Counted from the stretch's first letter, positions 1-8,931 are shown. The stretch: DNA of 9,684 bases from Ramazzottius varieornatus (GCA_001949185.1 BDGG01000037.1:1-9684), one strand, 5' to 3'. The notes: generated from the sequence alone by a model not told the origin. A program made the numbers and translations.

Positions 1-973
1 AAGGATGCAGGATATTCTACTGTGACATTCTTTTGATGTTGAGGTCTGCCAACGTGTGTTTGTGTTTGCCCATCAGCTGAAGTCCAAGCAGAAGGATACA
101 GTTAATGTTACAGTTTAAAGGGAAGGCTATCTGTCCTTTTCAGTGATGGCTTCGGGTGACTATCGTCAAAGAGATTGATTGCGGCTGCCATCTTCCCCAT
201 AAATTCCCACTGTGTGGACGCCGTTCAGCCTCATGCTCGGCTGCACGCACCACGAAGCACACTACATGCTCGCATTCCGTCAAGGATTAGCGGAGGACCC
301 TCTTAGCTGCCGTTCCGGGTCTTCGCACACGCGCACTGCCTTGACGGTTACTTGGCTGGCTTCGACCGTGACATGGCTGCGTGCTCCAAGCAGCCCGATA
401 CTTGACTCGCAGCTCGCGGCGGAAGTTCTGATTGTCTGTTTAATTTGCATGCTTGACATTCCTTGACCTGCCACTTTTATGTTCTCCGTTGGTCTCTGAC
501 TATGTCAGAATTAAAATGACAAAATGAAAAAATTCCAAAGCTTCGAAATTGCAATTGAAAGGTTGACTGTTTTTTCTGTGAACAAGACCCGTTTGGGAGT
601 AGGATGGAGGAACCTTGGAGTGGAGGGACGGGTGAGGTTGCCGCTCGCATATATTAATAGCTACTGCTTGTCAACTACTTAACCTGTTAGCCGGCTGATC
701 CTCAATGTCAAACAATATCATTGAGAAAAAGTACTGTTGCATTATTATAATCCTATCGTCATTCCGAGCTTTTTTATGTTGTGGCTTTTTGCTAAGCTCA
801 TAATCGTCACAGTTTTACTGGCTAATCTTAATGTAAGTCGCAGTATATCCGTGGATGATGGTTGTTCCTTATCATAATTTCACTGTCTTTTTGGCACCGA
901 TATATAAAAAGTCGCGGAAGTTCGCGTCAACAGCGAGCAACAAATAATCAGAAATTAATGTGATCTCACTAAC
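1..973 (-). other. Otx: Otx intron 2 (phase 0, partial; continues beyond the window edge)
   Basis: Donor GTTAGT at 973. No minus-strand Trp-Phe codon pair (plus-strand gaacca/aaacca) that could encode VWFKNRRAK was found in 1-973, so exon 3 should lie outside the window. Confidence 0.85.
341..382. repeat. Degenerate 21-nt tandem duplication in intron 2
   Basis: TTGACGGTTACTTGGCTGGCT / TCGACCGTGACATGGCTGCGT; 14 of the first 18 positions identical. Confidence 0.55.
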
Positions 974-1146
974 CTGCACTCGCGGTTCCGGTAGGTTAAT
1001 CTTCAGCGCTGTTTCCTCGCGCATGAAGATGTCGGGGTATCGGGTCTTCATAAAAAGCGATTCGAGCTGGTCCAGTTGGTTCCGATTAAAGGTCGTCCGT
1101 TCTCTTCGTTGCTTCCTTGGCGCGCCCACTGGAGTAAAAAAGGCAT
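974..1146 (-). CDS. Otx: Otx/orthodenticle second coding exon: homeodomain residues 1-46
   Basis: Translates (D)[68 protein letters not shown] and [12 protein letters not shown]-x-ALKINLPE are diagnostic of Otx. Ends CAG|GTTAGT at the conserved PRD-class intron position between codons 46 and 47. The 5' boundary could alternatively be 1128. Confidence 0.97.
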
Positions 1147-2788
1147 CTGATAAGTACAAACAAAAGTATGAATATGGGCACTGTAACTACGAGGTTCCTT
1201 CACCCAAAAATGTGTACGACTTTTACGATAGTTCTGGTTTAAAAATTTATTATTTATGATGGTTCTTAATACTAAAGTAACGCTGATGGCGATCTTCGCC
1301 CATATCGACATGTCTTCATCGTCTTAACGTCTGTCTGTGTTTTTCCTGTCGGCTGGTGAGGAATGTAAGACGATGAATGGGCAGATTGTCAATCTGGATG
1401 TCGTCTCGGAATGTTTAATTAGCAATTTGAGGCTCTTTCGGCCGGAAAAAAATGGGTTTCGTGAAGTGCTTGCGTACTGATTGGCGGCTATGAACAGAGT
1501 CTCGTTTCCTGCCCATAAAGCCTACTCTAGTTTTCCTCAGATGAAAAGCGCCGCACGATGGGGGCATTTTGTTGAAGGGGCAAAAACGCAGACTGTGCAG
1601 GTAACACGAAGACTTGCTCAAACATGACAAAAACACGGACAAACACAGTGAGAAAATGGAGCGCGTAAGCCAAAGCTTTTCAGCAAACAAACGGCGATGC
1701 CATCGTCTTTTTTGGCTCGGCAGCGCTGTGCGGAGCACGCTCAAATCCGTGCAGTGCTCGCAGTGGCCGCTCTAACTCGACCATCGCGAGTTTACCCACC
1801 ATGAAAATCGAGCAGCCAACCTGGCCGACTTATGAAACAACCTCAAGACAAAGAGCTACAGCTGCTTTGACCATCTCACGAGGGACTACGGGATACAGCG
1901 ACGAGCGTGGGAGAAATCCTTGAGCTTCATGACTTCACTCGAGGCGGCCGGGCTGCTGGGAATTTTACAAGACGAATATGTCTCATTGACAAGCGTCATG
2001 TCTTCATATGCAATGCAAAAGCAAAGGCTGGGAAAAATTTTCGAACTGAAATGAATTCCAACTAGAAGTCACCAAAGCCCCAAGCAGACGGCGCAGTGCG
2101 GACTTGTGTGACTGACTCGGAGAGGATTCACCTTGAAATCTATAGCGAGTTCTTTTGTGCACCTGACGATTAAAAAAGTACTTACAGTTGGAAGGTCAGT
2201 TTACCGAAAAAAGACAGACATAAGCAGAGATTTCGTCGGTGGGATCATCTGGGCTTTGGCTGGTAAGTTTTGGGGATGATCGTCGCCTAACAAGCCGGCC
2301 TTGCCGCCCCATTCTGTCTCTACTGGCCCTTATTAGCCTCAACATATGCTCCAGTGATTCAGCGTTACCCAGCTCTTCAGTGTATACACAATAAAGAACA
2401 CCTATTCTCCATATCCGGCTTTTCCTAAGATTATCCGTCTACAAACGTTACATAAATTACGCCAACGCAGAAAAAAGTCTACAGCGCATTTGCTCCACTA
2501 GCAATATCAAGTTTGGAGCTTTAGTTCCCATACGATTAGGCCCATATTGAACAAGAAAATATTTTGTATCCTTCTACAGTCCGTCCGCGCCTTGGTCGGA
2601 ACCCAACTCTCCGACGTCAAGGCAGCACAGCACGGCTTTATCGATATCGCCAACGGTAGGTCTGTGTTTCAACGGTGTGTTTTGCTTCACATCGCCGTAG
2701 GCCAATATTTCTTTCGGTTATTCGACGTTCGAAATTAACGCATGTCGATCACAAAATGTGAGCGAATAGTTACTGTGGTTGAGCTTAC
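1147..2788 (-). other. Otx: Otx intron 1 (phase 1, 1642 nt; 1660 nt if the second acceptor is used)
   Basis: Donor GTAAGC at 2788; acceptor ttttgtttgtacttatcAG ending at 1147. Splicing joins G+AT (Asp) in frame. An intron just upstream of the homeobox is typical of Otx genes. Confidence 0.85.
1315..1377. repeat. Perfect 12-bp inverted repeat with 39-nt spacer in intron 1
   Basis: TTCATCGTCTTA (1315-1326) and TAAGACGATGAA (1366-1377) are exact reverse complements. Confidence 0.85.
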
Positions 2789-2972
2789 CATTTCCGTAGG
2801 CGACGTTCGAGTGGAGCATATCTGAAGTGGCTGCAAGAGCCATTCCGTTGACAGAGTAGGGATTTTGTCCCTTGAGATAGTTGGCCATGGCCGAGGACGA
2901 GTTGGCTCCTCCACCGCCCATTGCCAGTCCGTTCATCATTCCGTATCCGTCGGACTTCATGTAAGCCATCAT
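2789..2972 (-). CDS. Otx: Otx/orthodenticle homeobox gene, first coding exon (N-terminal region, 61 codons + 1 nt)
   Basis: Translates MMAYMKSDGYGMMNGLAMGGGGANSSSAMANYLKGQNPYSVNGMALAATSDMLHSNVAYGN. The YLK-x-PYSVNG...DMLH...AY part matches the conserved Otx N-terminus (vertebrate OTX2 MMSYLKQPPYAVNGLSL...DLLHPSVGY). ATG at 2972, with an in-frame TGA upstream at 3014-3012. Ends at donor AATG|GTAAGC (GT 2788-2787), phase 1, compatible with exon 2. Confidence 0.9.
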
Positions 2973-3315
2973 CAGGAAGCCGGTCGACAACTTCCTTCTT
3001 CGCTGTTCAGTTCAGGTCAGCGGCAGTTCGGAAGGGGATTTGCGCCAGGTGGATAATGCGCCAAGCTTGGTTGATGGTAAGTCGCAAAGGTCGGCAGATG
3101 CTGCAAAAGGGGATACAGAGGGACAGTCCCCAACAACCAAGTCTTCACAGTCGACCCTTCACTAAAAATGCAGAGATGAGATTAGCGTGGTGGCGATAAG
3201 AAACGATGGACTGAGAGCCGTACAAACAAATGCTGAAAGCAAAGGTTTTAGCTGGACAATTCGGGAGACGATTTAAGCTGGAGCAATCTTGTTGGCGTTG
3301 AATTGAACTACTGTT
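2973..3315 (-). other. Probable Otx 5' leader (5' UTR), extent uncertain
   Basis: 343 nt directly upstream of the start codon with no minus-strand ATG, versus 7 ATGs on the plus strand. An initiator-like TCAGTC lies at 3214-3209. Confidence 0.5.
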
Positions 3316-3816
3316 CATCAAGAAGAGCTTAAGGACACTCGCCCACTTCACACAAATCTCCGCTCGACGCGGGCAATCCAGCTTGAGCTTGCACGGGACT
3401 CCGCCTCGTATCTCATTCTATAACGCCATTGGTTCTGTGCAGCCTGATATTCTCCGCTCGTCAGGAGTGGCGCCACCATGCATTTCACCTGCGAAGTACG
3501 TAACTATGCTATGAGCTCGTACCGGTAGAACATTGCACTGTACTGCGGGTTGAGGTTTTGGAGATATGGAAAACGTAAGCGTTGTAATTTTAAGATATTC
3601 TTCACGCTTCTGTACCGCGCTACGTAGGTGGAGTCGAACCTTGTATAGTAGGGTGAAAGTATACGGCAAACCAAGGTGTCCCCACGAGGAGGCCAGGACG
3701 GAAATATTCACCAGGTCTCCATGGTTAAGAAATGGCTCAGAGGCCCGGTGGATATCTTCGTGCCGGCCACCTCGTAAGCTTGTTCCTGCTTGAGCCGCGT
3801 AAAAATTTACCAAAGC

Positions 3817-4100
3817 TCACGTGATTAAGGGTTTAGATTATTTTCGGTTCAAGGCGATACAGTAAGGTGTCCAATCTGCATTAAGCGTGTTAGAATGATG
3901 CGATCGAGCTCAGAATGAATATTAACGAGCACTTCCGGGTGAGGAAAACTGGTACGGCTTGGGGTTTATTGAATACTTGACAAATTGTCAGGGCTGAATG
4001 GAGACGCGCTAATTGGGCTGATTAACTGATTAGTAAAGACGAGCTCATTAGGGAGACTTGTGGCTCCGCTAATTTTATGGTAGCCGCCATAAACGTATTA
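3817..4100. promoter_or_regulatory. Candidate Otx proximal enhancer: homeodomain/TALE/ETS/E-box site cluster
   Basis: 10 TAAT/ATTA cores in ~280 bp; TCACGTGA 3817-3824; CACTTCCGG (ETS) 3930-3938; TGACAAaTTGTCA 3978-3990; TTTATGG-N6-CCATAAA 4074-4093. Confidence 0.45.
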
Positions 4101-4946
4101 ACGGATCATCAAGGCAATTTGTCCGTCCACGCATTGATGCTTGGTCTCACTTTGTCCGACATCCAACCCAACCGTCGTGTCAACTCAGAGACCCGCACAA
4201 AACAGAACGCCATTTTTCACTCTTTCTGCTTACCGTATGTACGTTACTCCCACGTCCACGAAATTTTGCGTCATTATCGCTTTGGGGGATATCGAAAGCC
4301 TATCATGTAGATTTTTATCGACCTCAGATAGTTCTGCCAGGTTTTAAACGTTGATTTTCGTCGCGGTCGAATGACATGGTACTCTTGCCGGCCGGGATGG
4401 AAGTTGCTGCAGAGGCAGTCTCGGTAGCAATTTGCCTGTCTAGCGTCGATAAGGCTCTGGTGAAAAGTGTGCTGCGTGTAAAGACAGCTATCAAAGCTCA
4501 TAACAGCCATGTTTGTCGTGTCATAATAGAGCAAGAAATGGCTGCTTGGCATGTTGCCTGGCGGGCCAACGTGTAATTGATTTGTTCATAGTTGGATGGA
4601 CAGAAAATGGCCGCCGAAAATTGGTAAGGCCGTCCGACCTGTCACTGGTCGAGTCAGACCCGAGGCGCTCTTTTCTTCCTAGTGTTTATCATGTAACAAT
4701 TGTCCAACTATCGCTCGTGATCATCGTCTGTCATTCCTCTTGACTTCGACCTCCTCCGCAGCCCCTCTTTCCCCCCTTTTGTCCGACGCATCAGCCAAAT
4801 TAAAGAAGGCCTGTGACGATGCATGAAAAGGAATGCTTGTCTCTCGTACGAAATATGTCCGTACGGTTGTCGACGTCACACTGGCGGACAAGGCTTTCAC
4901 AAAAACGTTGTAGCGGAAGCTCAGCTGACCAATAACCTTAATCGAC

Positions 4947-6165
4947 GATAAATGAAACCTTTCTAACTACCTGTAGTTGACGAGATGTGCAATTACGTTT
5001 CAATCGACTCCGAACAACCAAGAGCCTCTACACATTTGAGCACCATCACTGAGAGCAGAGTACACTGTACTCTGCCAAGTTTATCGAGAGGAGCCAGCCT
5101 GGAGTCCCTAGATGAAAGGGAGCGGCCGGTGCGAAATCACTCAGATAACTGATGAGCTGAGCTGCGTGAAGCGAATTTCGCTAAGCCCAAAGCCGGCTTA
5201 TCAAGGGATTTTATCCAGCCATACAAAAGTAACTTTATTCCCGAGCATAGCTTTATTACCACAGTATTAGCAAAGAGATTTTTGATGCTGACCAGTCAGT
5301 CCAACATCGAAGGCGTGGCATACACAAGTTGCAGCGATATTAGACCAGATTAACGACCTAATTATCACGTTGTTGCAGCCTCTTCGACTAAGAAAAATTG
5401 AAGCTGACCAACAAGGTCGACCGGCAGCCTGACCGTGGGCAGAGAGTACTTTTGGCCAGCCGAAATCAGATCGCAAGTAAAGGACACTGCGTTTACGGGG
5501 CGATCGCGATCGAGCTGCGTCGTGTTACGTGGGGACAGAACGGGAAGAAAGTTGAGATGGTGGACACAGCTGATTAAAGATCAAACAGTACATTTGAGGG
5601 CCAGGTCTCGACTGTGCGCTAATAAAGAAGAAGTAGAAAGACTGAGCAAACATTACGGAAAGATTCGCAGCGATAAGCTTGCTCAACTGTTATCCACTCG
5701 AACCATTTATTTGTTAGCTGTTAGCCGTCTCTTCGCATCCCGCAGGCTTTGTTATCCGGACGGAAAGATAAATTAGCTCTTGTTTTATGCATGAAGGAGC
5801 TAACAAGAAAGAATAAGACACGCTGGAGACAAAATGGCTACCCTCAGTTTCAAGAGCCCAAACGTACACATGGCAAAGTTTACAAGCCCAAACTCGGAAG
5901 TGATGCAACCTTAATGCGTCGGTTGATTCAGTGCCGTCATTCAATTTACCCTCTTATCGCAACTCAGCAGAACCCGCACCACCCGTGATACCCGCGCAGG
6001 ACGACGAGGAGCCGGAGAGGCGGAGACAGAGGTCCGTCCATGATAGCACGGTCTGCGGATCAGACGGGTAATAAAATTATCGACGATGGCCTGATAATGG
6101 TATCAAAGCAGCGGGGAATGGCTGATACGGGCGCGTGCAGCAAATGTATCCAATTAATCAACAAT
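4947..6165. promoter_or_regulatory. Candidate Otx distal cis-regulatory region rich in GATA cores
   Basis: 13 GATAA/TTATC cores between 4947 and 6097, plus CGGAAGTG (ETS) 5895-5902, ATCAAAG (TCF) 6102-6108, three TGATAC/GTATCA and AACAAT (Sox) 6160-6165. Confidence 0.4.
5055..5075. repeat. 21-bp palindrome (10-bp arms, 1-nt centre)
   Basis: GCAGAGTACA-C-TGTACTCTGC. Confidence 0.9.
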
Positions 6166-8267
6166 AAATTAGCCCTTCACGGTGACATACTCGAGCTTCA
6201 GAGCGTGTCTCGACTTCTTTCCGCCTCGCCGTACCGCAGACGGTTTCTGGTTGTGGAAAATTCGTATCGAATTCTACAGTAAGTGTACGGTAGTTTAAAG
6301 ATGTGTATGGTTAGAGAAGTGGCGATGCTTGAGCGGAACTTGTTCTTTTGTTGACATTGACAAAGAAGTGTAAACTTTACGGCGTGATGGCCACTCGCCA
6401 AATCAGGGTAGTCACCCCACTCAGCCACTCGTCTTTTCAACAACACACTCTTCAAGATCAAACGATCACCTGGTCACTAACTTCAAAAATTCAAACAAAA
6501 TTTTCAACTTCGTTGTAAAAATTAATGTACACTTTCTGAACGAACCGTAGAGCATCCCACGCGGTAAAAGCCAAGTTCATTCCGCTTTTTTAGGGCTGAC
6601 AGAAAAGCGCGAAACCACGCTGCAGCTTGAAGTGTTCGCTGTGGCTGACAGCTTCCGCCTTTTCAAACTACCAAGCACTAACAAAGAGCAACCTCAAAAT
6701 TTGCAATTATGGCTCCATGAGAACCCTTGGACAGATGGAAACGCTCTGAAGGACGTACGGTGTAACTCGTGATCATGGAATTCTCAGCTAGAAAATGGCA
6801 CAGCTTCATTTTCCGAATCTGCGTATGCGCTTACTGAAGCATGCTTGATTCCGACTCACACTGCGGCCACGGTAGCTTGCAGAATAATCCCTGCTAAGAA
6901 CTTGAAGCGGGATTTGGATATAAATTCCTACTTATACGAGCTTACACCTTCTTCTTTGCCGTCAGCTCACCATTGCCACCACACAGAGCCTCTCACAGAA
7001 AACCCATCATAAACAAAAAGATTTGCCGTCTCCTAATCAGTGTCGGCTTGAACGGCTGGTCGTTCGGAAATCTGTCCTTAGTAGTCGCATCACCGCAGTC
7101 TACAGTATCGAACGGTAGTGAATATTTTCTCTACTATTTTATCACATCGAAAAACCAGTAATGTATCTAATTTCGTCGGACTCACCTTTGGGTATTCGTG
7201 TTCGCTGATAGACAACTTCCAGGTTATTCTTGACGGAGCACACAAATCGAATATGGAGGAATATACTGGCTTCCGCGATACTGACAAGACAGTCAGCTGG
7301 AAGATGGAATCAAGCGCATGGAAGTATCGAATATGGACGAGGCTATGGGCACAGTGTGATGAGAAGAAGAAATTTTCATCGGAATAAAGTAGAAGGCAGT
7401 CGAACATCGATCCTCATCACTCGTCATCGTTCGTCGATCGGTACCTGATTTGCTTGATTGGCGTACTTTGCGTCTTGCAAACGTCAAAATAAGGTATGTC
7501 TTCTGAGACCAGACATTTGCTTTTCAACGTTGCTAAAATGGCTGCGATGGAAGGGTAGTTTTGAAAAATGGGAAATCATTCTCCTGCTAAGAGAGATTGT
7601 CATCAGTATTTGAGCGAGAAGGTGTGATGAGTATTTGCGCTTCCCAACGTTCATCCATAGTCCGAGCCGATCACATTCGATAAAGATCGACCATAATGTC
7701 GGCGCATCTGGCGCAAAATTAAACGATGCAAATTTGACCACTGAGATTTAATGGTGATCAAGCCTGTGATTGAAGTTCGACTCTACCTCCATTGACCATT
7801 CATGGTGAACGACCTTCAAGATGAAAATGATAACTTCCTGGTCTGCGCACGCATGCCATGTCGCGTTTGACGCACGCGAGAATATTCCATGGCACAACGT
7901 CTTGATCGAACTGTCAATATTACAAATTAACATATGAATATATTCCAAGGTTTACTTTGATTCCGTAGCGCTCACGGCTAAGATGGAGAAAACTGCCATG
8001 CGACATTCTTGTCCCACCCGGTCACGCCTTCCAGTCAATTTGTTTTCTACTGGAAGCCGTTAAACACGGGCTTGGCACAAGGATCGGACCGGACTATATT
8101 CCCAAGTGACGCAAGCTTAAACTGTGGCCAACAACAACGAAAATGTGCGCCACTTGACATACGGTCTGGATGAATTTGTCGACGTCCTGAAAATGATTAT
8201 ATGGTAAAAAAGAACAGTACATCTCAATAAGCTGAGTTCGGATGGAGAAGCACATCCGGATCCATTT

Positions 8268-8931
8268 GGGCGGTTGATTGGCTGTCCTGCCTACAGGCCT
8301 AAAATGCAAAACGACAAAGGTCGCAGTTGAACAGACTATTGTTGGTATCCGCAGGTGATCAATCAATGCACAGACGCCAAAAGAACAATTCATTAGAACC
8401 ACGAATCTATATAATGCTTTCAGTACAATCATTACTCGTGGCGTTTTGTTTTGGCCTTCCTTGATGTCCCTTTGCAAACAATCAAACTAATTATGGGCCC
8501 TTACAAATGGTTTCATTGCTCACCGTCCAATCATGACGTGATATAATTGTGGATGGTTCCGGAAGTGAAAATGGAATCTGTGGAAGCACCTGTTTTTCAA
8601 CGCATCCACGGTGTTCGTAGTATGGAGTCGTAGCACAGAATGCAATGTAACCGAGCTTGGGCCATTTTTTGATTCGTGAAGTTGGTCAGTTGGTGTAGGA
8701 TTGCGTCTTGACGTGACATTATACAGGTGACTGCGAGGATTGTGCTTTGCGTAACTGTACGATTGACCATCTTGAGAAACAGGTTGTTTGGACAAAGCCA
8801 TCCATGCGCAAAAATAGAGCTTTTGTTTGGCGTCGATAAGTGAAAAATATTGAAGCCTTACAGACTGACGTGTGGATCAGATTTCTCCGATGACAACTTG
8901 ATCGGTTCTTTTGAGAAGGTCCAATCATGAC
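8268..8931. promoter_or_regulatory. Promoter-like motif cluster (GC box, CCAAT boxes, TGACGTG x3, ETS)
   Basis: GGGCGG 8268-8273; TGATTGGCT 8275-8283; CCAATCA at 8527 and 8921; TGACGTG at 8534, 8709 and 8866; CCGGAAGTG 8559-8567. Confidence 0.25.

Noticed and set aside
131-290. Strong plus-strand acceptor ctgtccttttCAG at 143 followed by a frame containing IVKEIDCGCH (cystine-knot-like ending)
   Set aside because: All three frames after the acceptor hit early stops, and the CGC-containing frame begins with TGA.
872-973. Read-through of the homeobox ORF ([13 protein letters not shown]...) as a truncated homeodomain or pseudogene
   Set aside because: Similarity ends exactly at CAG|GTTAGT, the conserved PRD-class intron position, so the tail is intron sequence.
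1415-1744. 109-aa ORF within intron 1
   Set aside because: Non-ATG start, no similarity to anything I recognise, and it lies in inferred intron.
2718-2788. C-terminal part of ORF 2718-2990 (KLNHSNYSL...)
   Set aside because: It lies past the GTAAGC donor and is intronic.
3418-3813. 131-aa minus ORF and overlapping plus ORF upstream of Otx
   Set aside because: Non-ATG start for the long ORF, no recognisable domain, and no convincing splice pairing.
833-6284. Plus-strand GTAAGT donor-like sites (833, 2263, 3077, 6279) as evidence for an antisense Otx transcript; GTAAGTCGCA occurs twice
   Set aside because: Four hexamers and one repeated 10-mer are within chance expectation for 9.7 kb.
7118-7387. 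VILDGAHK in a plus-strand ORF, resembling the FolC/FPGS LDGAH motif or a DDE transposase LILDGH motif
   Set aside because: No flanking family motifs (no upstream WPGR, no other catalytic DDE blocks) and the ORF is short, so it is probably chance. A blastx search would settle it.
7750-7800. GTTCGA T-loop-like motif suggesting a tRNA
   Set aside because: No cloverleaf stems can be formed around it.
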